DNA of 64,000 nucleotides from Bdellovibrionota bacterium FG-1 (GTDB taxonomy: Bacteria; Bdellovibrionota; UBA1018), in NCBI GenBank assembly GCA_051382295.1, contig JBBCAW010000013.1, positions 1 to 64,000 of the forward strand, given 5' to 3'. Below are positions 36,273 to 47,534 of this stretch, one piece after another. Both the position numbers and the translations under genes were made by a program. Within the stretch, counting starts at the first letter, position 1, and each line of letters opens with the position of its first letter. The notes beneath the pieces are model-generated. The model saw only the letters and a program-made list of their open reading frames with translations. It did no database searches and was not told the origin of the DNA.

Positions 36273-37880
36273 ATGCCTATTTTACGCTCCCATATTCAAA
36301 CTCAATCGGCTGAATTTCAGGAAAACACCAAGCACCATCACAAGCTCGCCCAGGAGCTTGAAGACCGCTTGAGCCAAGTCCGACAAGGCGGCGGAGCGGA
36401 CGCAAGAGCTAAACACGAAAAACGAGGCAAACTTTTTGCGCGTGAACGCATTAAGCACCTGCTCGATCCAGGTACGGCGTTTTTGGAAATCGCGCCCCTC
36501 GCCGCTTGGGATTTGTACGAGGGCGCAGCGCCCGGTGCAGGGGTCATCACCGGAATTGGGGTCGTTCACGGACGCGAAATCCTGGTCGTCGCCAATGATG
36601 CCACCGTCAAAGGTGGCACCTACTTTCCGATGACGGTCAAAAAACATTTACGCGCGCAAGAAATCGCCCGCGAAAATCACCTCCCTTGTGTCTACCTCGT
36701 CGACTCGGGTGGCGCGTTTTTGCCGCTGCAAGCCGATGTGTTTCCGGATCGCGATCACTTTGGCCGTATTTTTTACAATCAAGCGCAGATGTCCGCGCTG
36801 GGCATTCCACAAATCTCCGTTGTCATGGGCTCGTGCACTGCGGGCGGTGCTTATGTTCCCGCGATGTCCGATGAGACCGTGATCGTCAAAAACCAGGGCA
36901 CCATTTTCTTGGGCGGACCCCCACTCGTCAAAGCCGCTACCGGCGAAATCGTGACCGCCGAAGAACTCGGAGGAGGGGACACCCATTGCCGAATCTCAGG
37001 CGTGACGGATCATCTGGCGGACAATGACGAACATGCGCTGGAAATCGCCCGCGAGATTCTCTCTCATCTCAATCGCAAACCGCCGACGTTTATCGACCGC
37101 ATTTCACCGGAAGACCCGCTTTACGATCCTGCCGAAATCGCGGGTATTATCCCGACGGATTTACGCAAACCCTTTGATATTCGCGAAATCATCGCACGCA
37201 CGGTGGATGGCTCGCGGTTTCACGAATTCAAGCAGCTTTACGGCACGACACTGGTTTGCGGGTTTGCCCACATCTTTGGTTACCCGATTGGCATTGTGGG
37301 AAATAATGGCATTCTCTTTAGCGAAAGTGCCCAGAAAGCCGCACATTTTGTGGAACTTTGCGGGCAACGAAAAATTCCACTTCTTTTTCTTCAAAATATC
37401 ACGGGTTTTATGGTCGGAAAGAAATACGAAGCCGGCGGAATTGCCAAAGACGGCGCAAAAATGGTGACGGCGGTTTCGACGGTGCAGGTCCCTAAGTTCA
37501 CGATGATCGTGGGCGGAAGTTTTGGGGCGGGCAATTACGGCATGTGTGGCCGCGCTTATCAACCCCGCTTTTTGTGGATGTGGCCCAATGCCCGCATCTC
37601 GGTCATGGGGGGTGAACAAGCGGGTGGAGTGCTCTCGCAAGTCAAAATCGAGCAGCTCGAAGCGCAAGGCAAAAAACTGTCGGCCGTCGACATCGAAAAA
37701 ATCCAAGCGCCGATCCGCGAGCAGTACGAACGAGAGGGAAATCCCTATCATTCGACCGGTCGCCTCTGGGATGACGGCATCATCGCACCGTGGAAAACCC
37801 GCGAAACGTTAGCCTTAGCGCTCGCTGCTTCACTCAATGCGCCGATTCCGGAGACTAAGTACGGCGTCTTTAGAATGTAA
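36273..37880 (+). CDS. liuB: methylcrotonyl-CoA carboxylase beta (carboxyltransferase)
   Basis: [38 protein letters not shown]. Confidence 0.95.
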   Translation: MPILRSHIQTQSAEFQENTKHHHKLAQELEDRLSQVRQGGGADARAKHEKRGKLFARERIKHLLDPGTAFLEIAPLAAWDLYEGAAPGAGVITGIGVVHGREILVVANDATVKGGTYFPMTVKKHLRAQEIARENHLPCVYLVDSGGAFLPLQADVFPDRDHFGRIFYNQAQMSALGIPQISVVMGSCTAGGAYVPAMSDETVIVKNQGTIFLGGPPLVKAATGEIVTAEELGGGDTHCRISGVTDHLADNDEHALEIAREILSHLNRKPPTFIDRISPEDPLYDPAEIAGIIPTDLRKPFDIREIIARTVDGSRFHEFKQLYGTTLVCGFAHIFGYPIGIVGNNGILFSESAQKAAHFVELCGQRKIPLLFLQNITGFMVGKKYEAGGIAKDGAKMVTAVSTVQVPKFTMIVGGSFGAGNYGMCGRAYQPRFLWMWPNARISVMGGEQAGGVLSQVKIEQLEAQGKKLSAVDIEKIQAPIREQYEREGNPYHSTGRLWDDGIIAPWKTRETLALALAASLNAPIPETKYGVFRM

Positions 37881-37883
37881 CGT

Positions 37884-39209
37884 TCATTTGGGTTGTGACT
37901 GGGGTAAAGCTGGGTTCAACAAAAACTGTTTCAGAGAAATGGCCTTTGCATTCGGACGATTTTTTGAAAAACATCGAGTCACCAAGATTCCTTTTCCGAA
38001 GCCCTGTTCGATAGACTGAAAATCCCAATCAGAAACCGAGTCCTGAAAATTTACCTCGATCGGAAATCGCATTTTGATCGAACGATCCACCCACAGAAAA
38101 TCGATTTCCTTTCCGGCTTTGCTTTTCCAAGTATAAACTTGCTTGGGAGAGGCTAAGCCTTCCCACAAACGAGGCTCAAGTTCACGAATGAGGGCACTCC
38201 CAACCGAATATTCAGCCAGGGCCTCCGGTAAAGGAGGCTCCCCAACTCTAAGCCAAGAGGCCAAGTAGGCCAAGCTTGGATCCACCCAGTGAAATTTTCG
38301 ATCCTTGCGGGGGGCCACCCGGCCTCGTCCCGTATCAAAGCTCGAAAAAGTCATGAGAAGATAAGAATCACCTAATGCATCCAAATATTTTCGAGCCGTA
38401 TCTCGACTCACGGAAAGATTTTTTGAAAAAGCCTCATAGCTGATCGCATGAGCCCCAACACTGGAGAGTCTGCCGATCACCTCAAGAGCAATATTTCGAT
38501 CTAGCTTTCTTCGATTAAATTCATAAGCAATGATGTCATCGAAAACTTGGGTCGACGGCTCGAGGCGTGAAAGATCTTGTGGATTTTTTAAAAACTCTTC
38601 TACGCGAAAGGGAAATCCTCCTACTTGAAAAAACAGCTCGGGGGACGGTTTAACTCCACAACGAGTGAGTTGATGGGCGAATTCTCGATAATCCATGGGT
38701 AAAAGAATTCGATCGGGTGATTGATAGGTCCCCCGTCTTCCTGCCATTCGTTCGGCACCTTTTTTTAAGTCGTAAGCAGAACTTCCGGTCAAAATCACGG
38801 TGGTGTCTGCCAGACGTCCGGCATCTACCGCCTTCTTGATTACCCTTTGCCAACCGACAACTGAGGTCACCTCATCAATCACTAACAATCGGGGAGCGTG
38901 GTGAGCAAGCACCACATCCAGGTGCGATTCCATCTCAGCCATGTTTTTGATGGTTTCAAGATTGGTCCATACGATGGTTTGAGGATTCCACTTCTTGGAC
39001 TCGATCAACTGAGCAATCAATAATTTCAAACAAACGGTTTTGCCCGCCCGACGTGGGCCTCGAAGAGTGTAAACAGCCGCTGGTTGACAATCGTCCTCTG
39101 AAAATACGAGGGGTCGGTAGAACAAGGACGAGTCTTTGACCCGTTTTAGGTCGACGTCCTGCCAAAGCCCCCCACTCTTCCACCAATCATTATAACTAGT
39201 TAGCCCCAT
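37884..39209 (-). CDS. AAA_14 ATPase with DUF4143 C-terminus
   Basis: GPRRAGKT, LVIDEV, ILTGSS, ERMAGR, GGFP, EIDF...IEVN. Confidence 0.85.
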   Translation of the reverse strand: MGLTSYNDWWKSGGLWQDVDLKRVKDSSLFYRPLVFSEDDCQPAAVYTLRGPRRAGKTVCLKLLIAQLIESKKWNPQTIVWTNLETIKNMAEMESHLDVVLAHHAPRLLVIDEVTSVVGWQRVIKKAVDAGRLADTTVILTGSSAYDLKKGAERMAGRRGTYQSPDRILLPMDYREFAHQLTRCGVKPSPELFFQVGGFPFRVEEFLKNPQDLSRLEPSTQVFDDIIAYEFNRRKLDRNIALEVIGRLSSVGAHAISYEAFSKNLSVSRDTARKYLDALGDSYLLMTFSSFDTGRGRVAPRKDRKFHWVDPSLAYLASWLRVGEPPLPEALAEYSVGSALIRELEPRLWEGLASPKQVYTWKSKAGKEIDFLWVDRSIKMRFPIEVNFQDSVSDWDFQSIEQGFGKGILVTRCFSKNRPNAKAISLKQFLLNPALPQSQPK

Positions 39210-39270
39210 TTAAACATAATAACATCCCACGTGCGAAAAAGGCATACCTTTTTTACACCTCAACGTGCGT

Positions 39271-41250
39271 TCAAAATGTAACGTTCATATTGCCCATCAC
39301 GCGAGTACCGGCGAGGACATCGCCTTCAAGCGGGATTTCGCCGGTCACGCCGGCCTCAATTTTCGCGCGGGCACTGAGCTGACTGACGACTAAAGTGACA
39401 TCAGCCATCAAAGTAAGAGCAGGATCGACTTTGTAGGTAGCAGAAACGCCGCCATAGGCGGAACTAAACGAGGGACTCCAAACTTTTCCAAATTGTCCGA
39501 TGTTGCGAATGTCTGAAATGCCAAGGGGGTCGAGCTGCACGCCCGCCTTATAAGTCCCGTGGTACTTTCCATCACTCGATCTTTGATTGACTCGAACCTC
39601 AGTCCCTTGCCGCAGGCTAAAACTAGGAGCGATGGCATCCTTCCCATTCATCACCGAAACAATGCCAGCCATCAACGTCGCGGACGAATCAACCTCGACA
39701 GTGACCCCCTTGCCAACCTTGATTGGCGTCGTCGTCAAGTGCTGCTCGGTCTGCAGATAGATCAACCGTGCCAGTTCGTCATTGTCCGTCTGGTAAACCT
39801 GCTTGGGCCGATCTTGAATCCCGGCCACAAGGCCAACTTTGCCCGGAGCACCCGATTGATCCCCCCACTTTGCATCGAGCGCCGTCACCAAATAACGAGA
39901 ACCCACTGCATCCTGTCCCGTTACCAGACGAGCCCCTATCGCTCCATTCTCGCCCGCGCGAGTACCGGCCCCAATCATTGAGCTTGATGCCCGAGCCAGA
40001 GGATCCAAATGGGTAATATTAAAGCTCGCCGCCTCAGCAACAAACTTGCCCATTTCACTCGGTACATCGGTAAGGGAGCGCCCCTCAGGAGTAGAAATAC
40101 GATAATTCATCGTGGCGTCCCAATTACCTTGATGCAAGGCCACGCTCCCATCTTTGTCGCTTACGCCTGCCAGACGCTTGTAATTGAACTGGTAGAGCTG
40201 ATTGGGGCGCACTGGATCTTGAGTGATCACAGTGGTGTGAAGACCCAAACGCGAGGCCCAGGAAATCACAAAGGTATTCTTAAAGCCTCGAGCCTTGAGC
40301 ATCTTGGCTTGAAGAACGGCTATATCGCGACAAACTCCTTCAAAATCTTGAAGGTCACCAGTCGGGTTCGGAAGACCTGAGTGAGCAGCAATCTGTTCAT
40401 CTCCGAGCATCGAATTACGATGGGCCGCGCTCAAAAGCGAATCCCCGCTTACTGCCCCCTGAGCACCGAAAGCCGACGCCGCTCGTTTTTCATCATAATC
40501 ACGCTCAAGGCGATTTGAAACCATTGAAACAAGCCGGAGAAACTGGTCATTAGTGAGGCCATCTTTTTTGGAAGCAACCCAACTCAGTAGGTCCGCCTCA
40601 TTTTTACCGATCGCCATATGGTAGGCCTTCATCAAATTGACTTCAGAAAGGCCAAAATTTTCCGCATTCGAAACACCATAATAATAAGGCAAGGATTTAA
40701 TTAACGCCTGACTCGACTGTTGCCAAAATTTATCATACTTGGCATAACCCTTAGCCGCGCAAGCCTAATTCATGCTTGATGGCACCTTGCCTGGAATTCT
40801 CATCGCATTAACGGTACAACCAGGATTCGCATAACGAAAATTACTCAGATAAAGAGAATCGTGGATCGCCACGAGATCCGGACCGGTATCAAAAACCTGC
40901 CGTTGCGCCCCCTGCGCGATCATTCCTCGAATCACAATATCCGTGAAATTTTTAGGAAGCTTCTCAATCAACCGCTGGCGACATTCCGCAGGGATCAATT
41001 GATTAGCCTGAATCCGCAGGCGCAACGCCTCGAACTTTTCTTGCGAGGCCGCAAAAGCCTTTCCTTCAGTGGAGACCCCAGCAATTCCGACTTCCGCGAC
41101 TTGTGCGGCCAGAGATTGAAATTCGGTAAACGATTGGTATTGATCGCAATTGCACTTTTCATCGGCGAAGCAAGCGCGAGCGGAAATCGCGGATACCGCG
41201 ACCACCGCCATCATTAAAGCCCCCCACCGCTTGAAAAATAGCCTTCCCAT
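39271..41250 (-). pseudogene. secreted transglutaminase-like protein interrupted by one in-frame TAG at 40765-40767
   Basis: ORFs 40765..41262 and 39271..40692 share a frame and the gap is open; GVCRD...LH motif. Confidence 0.7.
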
Positions 41251-41427
41251 ACGACATTCCAATTATGTCACACAATCTCACAGTGGGTAAGTCCACTTTA
41301 GATTGACCAACCTTTAGACAGTTGCCCATAAAGTGACCCCTAAAATAGCAATCAATATTGTGTAATTATTACCTTTTTACCCTGGTTCAGTTCTTGAAGT
41401 CAGTCCTCTGGAGAGGATGGGTACGCC

Positions 41428-43203
41428 ATGAGGACTTTTGGACCAAAAACAATGAACCGGGCTTTAGTCGTGGCCGGAATGCTCGCAAGCGGGACCGCGC
41501 TCGCGGGGGCGTCCCAGTCCAATCCCATGAATCGTGAGTACTCGATCCAACATGCTGCCGCCATCCACATTACCCCTCGCGGCCAGGAGGGAATCAGCGC
41601 CCGCCTTCCAAAGTTACTAGAAAGCCAAGGCATCAACCTCGAACATCAAAAGCATGACTCGCTCAAACTTCCCGCTACCGAAATTTCACTTCGAAAACTA
41701 CCCTCTCAACTCGGTTCCTATGGGCCTTTACTTCGAGATCTTCAAAAGAATATCACCGACTGGCTATCCTCCTTTACCCTGAAGAATCCAAAAATCATCA
41801 TCGAGGCACTCGCCGCCGGATATGACGCCGAAGGCCTGCAGGTTTCCGTGCGCCCGGATCTCTACAAAACTCAACAATACTTTGGTTCCGAAAGTGGTAT
41901 TGCCCTCACCGTCGAACTCACCGTTCCCACGCTTCGATTGTATGCCAGCCAGGTTCGAACACGTGATCTCAATAACGACTTTCTGAATCGCTATGTCCCG
42001 CCAGTTCCCTTTCCTTCTTCCATCAACAAAAAAAATGCGCGCGCCATGGGTGAGCTGGCCAAGCGGTTTAGCGATACTTTGGTCCTCAATAATCCCTTTA
42101 TGGATCTGAGGGATCCCCGCCCGCTTCGCGCGGCAATCACGGTCCGCGTCCAAATCAACTCAAACGGCCAGATTCTATTTGATACGTTAGAGGCTTCCAC
42201 CAATCTCGACCAGCTCAACTGGATCTACCCGCCCATGCAGATGATTTTTCCTCGAGTGGAACTGCGAGTGAACGACCAAAGATCCTTTCTAGATCCCAAA
42301 CCACTTCAAGACAAAATCAACCAGAACGAAGCCGCCTTAGTTCGTGTTCTACAACATTACCTCAAAGGGTTTATTGAAAAAGAATTCCCCACCTTTCTCA
42401 ATTCTATTGTTTATCCAAAGCTTGCTTCGGCATTTAATACCGTTAGATCGATTGAACCCAGCGAAGGAGATGTCTTTCACACCGGAAGCCAACTCCAACT
42501 GGGCTTCCGACCTTCCCATCTTTCGCTCAATGAACGTTTTTTATCCCTCGACCTGAATGGTTTTGTGGCCGACCCCGATGTCACCTGGGACGAAAAAGTA
42601 GCGCCCACAGCCCGTCCTCGTCCTGCAGCCCTAGAAGCCCTCAGTCCGGAATCTTACGATCTCGCCGTTTCCTTCAGCGAGGACGTTCTGAACCGCATCA
42701 CCGCCTTGGGCTTTCAAAGAGGGGCCTGGCAACACATCGAAACCGGCGACGCGCACTATGGTCGTTTAGCCCGTGCTCCCGTTTTTTCCGCCCTCCGGAA
42801 TGGCCATGGAAATCTCAATATCATCATTGAACTCAACACCCTGGGATTCGAACAGCGCATCGGACTCACCAATCCCTATCAAGTCGAACTAAACCTCGAC
42901 CTTATCATCAGAGCCTCACCTCAAGGGAACGTCTTTAATATTCTCCTCGATCATTACGATGAAAATACCGCACGGATTGACGATCGCTTCTTAACTTCGT
43001 CGCTTTTGCGAGAAAAAGTGAGTACGGCTCTTCGCGATACTCTTCGCGAAATGAATCAAAAAAACGTCCCGCGGCGGATCATTGCCGAGGGCTTAGGCGT
43101 CCTGGATGATCTCTTTGGCTTAAAAATGAGGATTAAATCCGCTGAATACGACCGTTGTGGATTTATCAATCTCTATATGGAATATGAGGGGCCAGCCCGA
43201 TGA
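41428..43203 (+). CDS. secreted protein with a putative BPI/LBP-like fold
   Basis: signal peptide; AIHITPRGQ and YDLAVSFSEDVLNR; paralog of the next gene. Confidence 0.7.
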   Translation: MRTFGPKTMNRALVVAGMLASGTALAGASQSNPMNREYSIQHAAAIHITPRGQEGISARLPKLLESQGINLEHQKHDSLKLPATEISLRKLPSQLGSYGPLLRDLQKNITDWLSSFTLKNPKIIIEALAAGYDAEGLQVSVRPDLYKTQQYFGSESGIALTVELTVPTLRLYASQVRTRDLNNDFLNRYVPPVPFPSSINKKNARAMGELAKRFSDTLVLNNPFMDLRDPRPLRAAITVRVQINSNGQILFDTLEASTNLDQLNWIYPPMQMIFPRVELRVNDQRSFLDPKPLQDKINQNEAALVRVLQHYLKGFIEKEFPTFLNSIVYPKLASAFNTVRSIEPSEGDVFHTGSQLQLGFRPSHLSLNERFLSLDLNGFVADPDVTWDEKVAPTARPRPAALEALSPESYDLAVSFSEDVLNRITALGFQRGAWQHIETGDAHYGRLARAPVFSALRNGHGNLNIIIELNTLGFEQRIGLTNPYQVELNLDLIIRASPQGNVFNILLDHYDENTARIDDRFLTSSLLREKVSTALRDTLREMNQKNVPRRIIAEGLGVLDDLFGLKMRIKSAEYDRCGFINLYMEYEGPAR

Positions 43204-44897
43204 GACGGATCCTCCGTTCGGCCGGAATCGCCGCGTTTTCCCTCATTCTAGCGCCTCAATGGTGTCATGCGGCTTCATCAGTAAGTACGCCAATCGACCA
43301 CGCCCTCGGGATTTACATTACTCCCCGGGGACAAAAATACTTCAATCACCATTTGCAAGAAGCGCTTTTTCGCATGCGTGATGGTACCGACTTGAATGAT
43401 GGCGGAATAGAGAGCTGGCAATACGAGGCCAAAGAGCCCATCGACCTCAATCACCTTCCTATTGCATATCAGCAGTTTTCTACCACGCTCGGAAAAATCA
43501 GGGATGCCCTCACTCAATGGCTCAAAGGGTTTTCGCTCAATAATCCACGATTTTCCGCGGATTTCACGAATATCGAATACACGGCAAATTTCAGTAAAAT
43601 GGGGCTTTTTGTCGACCCCGACGCCACCGTATCACTCGGAACGGGACGAGGCATCATCCTCAATTTGATCGCCGAGATTGTGCCGGATTTGAGAATCCAA
43701 GCGGACACCTTACAGGCGCAAGATCTCGATAACCCTTTTTTGAAGTTCTTTGGCGCGACCCAGCTTTGGGCAAAACTCGAGTCCGGTCCGCCCCTGCAAA
43801 TTAAGTCTCAACTCAGCCTCATCATCAATGACCGTGACGAGGTCGAGTTTGAAATGCTGAATTTTGAAACCAATCTAAAAGATGTCAACTTTGATATCGG
43901 CTATACCACGCCGCTTGCGCTCCCGCGGGTACAGGTCACGGTCAACAATCACAAAACGGGCAATCTCAAGCAGGACAAGGTTGAAAAAGTTATTCAGGAG
44001 CACAAAGCCACGCTCACCAAGGCCCTTCAAACTTATTTAGGAGAACTCGCACCTCTCAGTATCCCTGAGGCAGTCAACGCCTCTGTCCACGCCCACTGGA
44101 AAGCGCCGCTCAGCGAAATCAATCAGATGGACCCTCCCGCGGCCGGGGAACATGAAATCGACGTCAATGACAAATACCTCTGGGGCACCAAGGCTGAAGA
44201 AATCCAACTCACGCCGCAATATTTGTTTTTGGGTCTTTCCGCTTTTATCGACGACCCACGCTCGCCGCAACCTTGGGCCGAGGTCTCTCGTGAAATTAGA
44301 AATCGTGCTCCTGTACTTCAAACCAATCCGGCAACCTATGATGCCGCCTTAGCGATTAACCAAAACCTCCTCAACCGCCTCTTAGGACTCGGCTTTGCAC
44401 GAGGGTTTAAGTCGCTCAAAACCATTCCCGTGGACGGCTCCAAGCCGCTTAAAATTCTCGAAGCCCCTGAATTTAAATTTGAGGGTGGCCTAAACAAAAA
44501 TCGCGGAAAATTTCATATCAAAGTCGAACATGAAGCAGATGGATTTTCTGAAAATCTTGCCTTTCGAAAAAACCTCTCCTTTGAAATGGATATTCTCGCT
44601 CGCCTCATCATAACCCAGGACGGACAGAGTTCGATTGTGCTCGATGGCATTGACCTCAACTCTTTGCAGATCGACCTGAAATCGGTCCGAGGGCTTTTCG
44701 AAAGTTCGGTAAAGAATGGCCTCCGTGATAAATTGGTTGCGGCCAATGCTGAACTGCGAAAAAAACCAAAAACCATTGTGGACAGCCTTTTCAGATCACC
44801 CGTGACGATTCGTGGAATTCCCATGAAACTCAGAGGTTTTCAAGCTGACCCCAATGGATACCTCGTCCTTTATTTTAATTATGATTTTGAACAATAA
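43200..44897 (+). CDS. secreted protein with a putative BPI/LBP-like fold
   Basis: GIYITPRGQKYF and YDAALAINQNLLNR; ATGA overlap with its paralog. Confidence 0.7.
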   Translation: MRRILRSAGIAAFSLILAPQWCHAASSVSTPIDHALGIYITPRGQKYFNHHLQEALFRMRDGTDLNDGGIESWQYEAKEPIDLNHLPIAYQQFSTTLGKIRDALTQWLKGFSLNNPRFSADFTNIEYTANFSKMGLFVDPDATVSLGTGRGIILNLIAEIVPDLRIQADTLQAQDLDNPFLKFFGATQLWAKLESGPPLQIKSQLSLIINDRDEVEFEMLNFETNLKDVNFDIGYTTPLALPRVQVTVNNHKTGNLKQDKVEKVIQEHKATLTKALQTYLGELAPLSIPEAVNASVHAHWKAPLSEINQMDPPAAGEHEIDVNDKYLWGTKAEEIQLTPQYLFLGLSAFIDDPRSPQPWAEVSREIRNRAPVLQTNPATYDAALAINQNLLNRLLGLGFARGFKSLKTIPVDGSKPLKILEAPEFKFEGGLNKNRGKFHIKVEHEADGFSENLAFRKNLSFEMDILARLIITQDGQSSIVLDGIDLNSLQIDLKSVRGLFESSVKNGLRDKLVAANAELRKKPKTIVDSLFRSPVTIRGIPMKLRGFQADPNGYLVLYFNYDFEQ

Positions 44898-44912
44898 AGC
44901 GGAAAATCAATT

Positions 44913-45482
44913 ATGAATAAGATCGGTTATGGAACTCTCGCCCTCAATCTCTTGCTGTTGGTCACCCCTCATTTTATGCCTTTTGCCCACGCCGCGCCTC
45001 CTGTAGAACTGACACAACCGACCGCGGTCCATGCAATTAAGATTGAAAACCTGCCCCCAGGAAAATTCTTACATGCATTCTATGTGGCAGGTCATGAAAC
45101 TTTTATGCCTCTGGTCGGATCAGTCCTCGAAATCGCGTATATTTTGAAGGCTGTGGACCACATTCAAATCCCAGATAGCGGGATAGTTACGCTTGATGAA
45201 ACAAAAGTACCTAAGGTGAAATATAGCAATAAGTCCTTCAGTTATTTGGTCTTGGCGATTACCGGACCACTCCCTTCCCAGCTTTTTTTTAAAAATATCG
45301 ACGATAACCATCTGGTCATTGACCCACGGGCCACGCCAGAAGATCTTAAGAAAAAGCCAAAAATGGAGTTTAGCTCTGAAAAGATTGGATTTATCGACGC
45401 GTTCAAGCTCAAATCCAAACTTCCTCCGGGCGGATCAACGATTGTAATTGACGCATCGAATTCATCAAAAGATCTAAAATAG
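44913..45482 (+). CDS. secreted hypothetical protein
   Basis: signal peptide AHA. Confidence 0.65.
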   Translation: MNKIGYGTLALNLLLLVTPHFMPFAHAAPPVELTQPTAVHAIKIENLPPGKFLHAFYVAGHETFMPLVGSVLEIAYILKAVDHIQIPDSGIVTLDETKVPKVKYSNKSFSYLVLAITGPLPSQLFFKNIDDNHLVIDPRATPEDLKKKPKMEFSSEKIGFIDAFKLKSKLPPGGSTIVIDASNSSKDLK

Positions 45483-45520
45483 TAGATTCCAAGGCTGAAC
45501 TTCGCTAAAACCCACAGCGT

Positions 45521-46072
45521 ATGGCAAAACTTAAAATCTGGACGTGGGCATTTCTTTTGTGTTCGGTTTCGGCGTTGGCTTTGGCGACCAATAACGCCAG
45601 CGCTGCGAGTCACGATGAAATGGCTCACCTTTTTAAAGGCCTAGAGGGCCACTGGATCGGTGAAGGTTCAGTCAGACAGACGGATTTTGACGGCACGCAG
45701 ATCACTCACGGTTACCAGATGGATTTGATTTTGAGTCCCGACTCGCTTGCAGCTGATGAAGTCTGGAACGCCACCACTCAACTCAAGTTTGACACGGAGA
45801 TGACGGGCCAAAACAACGTGAGTTTTGCGCTGAATGGTGATCAACTTTTTGTAGGCGGCAATGGCTATTGGGATCCGGTCAATGTTTCTGAATCCACTTC
45901 TTCGACACTCACCTATACCCTGCTCCGCTCTGAGGCCCTCACAGGACGGGTTTATGTGATGGTGTTTCATCAAGAACTCAACCCCACCGAGACCGAACTG
46001 AGCGGCTGGACTCAGATTGAACTCAACGGCATGGTTATTTCAGATGAGGCATTTTCGGCAAGAAGATGGTGA
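45521..46072 (+). CDS. secreted hypothetical protein, lipocalin-like start
   Basis: signal peptide; LEGHWIGEG. Confidence 0.65.
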   Translation: MAKLKIWTWAFLLCSVSALALATNNASAASHDEMAHLFKGLEGHWIGEGSVRQTDFDGTQITHGYQMDLILSPDSLAADEVWNATTQLKFDTEMTGQNNVSFALNGDQLFVGGNGYWDPVNVSESTSSTLTYTLLRSEALTGRVYVMVFHQELNPTETELSGWTQIELNGMVISDEAFSARRW

Positions 46073-46104
46073 GGGGCGGGGGTAACTATTACACTGCCCC
46101 ATTT
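46073..46104 (+). terminator. putative terminator hairpin
   Basis: GGGGCGG..GTAA-CTA-TTAC..CTGCCCC followed by ATTT. Confidence 0.4.
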
Positions 46105-46220
46105 GGCACCGGACTCATTCATTTCTAATTCAATAAATCATTCCTAAATTTTTCGGGCGTATTTTCATACACTTAAAAATGGACTCAAGGTGGTTTCGTT
46201 TTTAACGCAAGGCATGACTA

Positions 46221-46657
46221 TTGTTTAAGGGCGATAGCAGAGTGGATGGAAACGGTCTTGGACTTTACCATGCACGCACCCAGTGCGAAGCATGGGGCGG
46301 AAGGCTCGAGATCACTTCTCAACTGGGAGAAGGAACGACCATTATTCTCAATCTCCCCCGATCGAATCCTCCTGAGTGGTTTGTTGCAGAACTCAAACTC
46401 CTGCCCAACTCGACAGTAGTCGTCCTTGATGACGACGAAAGTATTCACCAGATTTGGAGACAAAGAGCAGATTCGCTGAAATTGGGTGAAAATGGCATTA
46501 CCTTGGCTCACCTCTCTACTCCTGCGGATATTCGCAAATGGTATACTGAGCAGACGCTAACGGGCCCTAAACCCGTACAGTACCTTTGCGATTATGAATT
46601 ACTTGGCTTCAAGGAAACCGGTTTAGACCTCATTGAAGAGCTCGAAATTGCCACTCG
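46221..46657 (+). pseudogene. fragment of a hybrid histidine kinase (G2 box plus degenerate receiver), cut by the transposon
   Basis: GNGLGLYHA...GEGTT, VVLDDDESIH, DYEL...TGLDLIEEL; no N-terminus. Confidence 0.75.
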
Positions 46658-46774
46658 TGTGGCCGCTCACGCCCAATTTCAGTATAGCGGCCTGAATTGC
46701 CCGTCCCCGAATTCAGTGTAGAATGAGAAGAAAGGGTTGGCGTCCAGCGTTGAACGCGCCGGACGCCGTGACCT

Positions 46775-47524
46775 TTGCCTTATGGAACAAGGCCTGGGTC
46801 AAGCATAAGTGTCATTCTCGGCTTTCCAGATTTCAAGAGTTACTTGGAGACGATCGGGCCGAAAATCGGGCGACCGGAGCGGCCATCGTCTTGCCTGGCG
46901 TGTGACTGTTTGAGGATCTGGTTCAATGGATGGCGCAAGGTGCATGCGGTGATCCTGGAGGATGGCAAGCCCGGCCGCAGTGAGGATGGGCTCCTCCTCC
47001 AGCGCGTGGTCTGCTCACAGTGCGGGCTATCGTGGACGTTGCGTCCGTCATTCTTGTACCCGCATCTGTCCATGCAGCCGGATGTGGCCGAGTCGGCCGT
47101 ATTGACGTATCTGAGTGAGCCCGCCGCGACCTATAAACGGGTGGGTGAACGGATCGGCTGCTCCGCCCGTGCCGTGTGGCGATGGGTAGGATGGGTTGCG
47201 CGGTTTTTGGAAGCCGCACAGCTGCTCTCGGAGGCTGAGCTGTCGACCGGTGGCGGGCAATCGGTCACGCTCATCCCGCGAGAGGTCCCGCAGGATCATG
47301 AAAAGGCTTATTCACCCGCGCGGGCCGAAGTTTTACTTCGAGCCTTTCAGGGCGTATCCGCCCTGGTTGCATGGGCACGTGCGCAAGTGGCACCGCCCGA
47401 TGACCCGAGTCCCCTTCGTTTTTGGCTGCTCATGCGATTCCTGGTGTTCCGGGAGATGCACCCCCAGGTGGGGGTACCTCAATCCCCGCCGTTGCCGGTC
47501 GCCCCAAGGGGGCCTCCGGTGTAA
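46775..47524 (+). CDS. Zn-ribbon plus HTH transposon protein (DUF6431-like)
   Basis: CLAC...QRVVCSQCGLSWTLRPSFLYPH; HTH YKRVGERIGCSARAVWRW; start uncertain. Confidence 0.7.
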   Translation: MPYGTRPGSSISVILGFPDFKSYLETIGPKIGRPERPSSCLACDCLRIWFNGWRKVHAVILEDGKPGRSEDGLLLQRVVCSQCGLSWTLRPSFLYPHLSMQPDVAESAVLTYLSEPAATYKRVGERIGCSARAVWRWVGWVARFLEAAQLLSEAELSTGGGQSVTLIPREVPQDHEKAYSPARAEVLLRAFQGVSALVAWARAQVAPPDDPSPLRFWLLMRFLVFREMHPQVGVPQSPPLPVAPRGPPV

Positions 47525-47534
47525 ATCGGCGCCC

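Noticed and set aside
46103..46120. TTGGCAC as a sigma54 promoter
   Set aside because: No TTGC-like -12 element at the right spacing.
47196..47534. 673-aa transposase start from the ORF track
   Set aside because: It overlaps the upstream Zn/HTH gene; the ATG at 47535 just after that gene's stop is more plausible.
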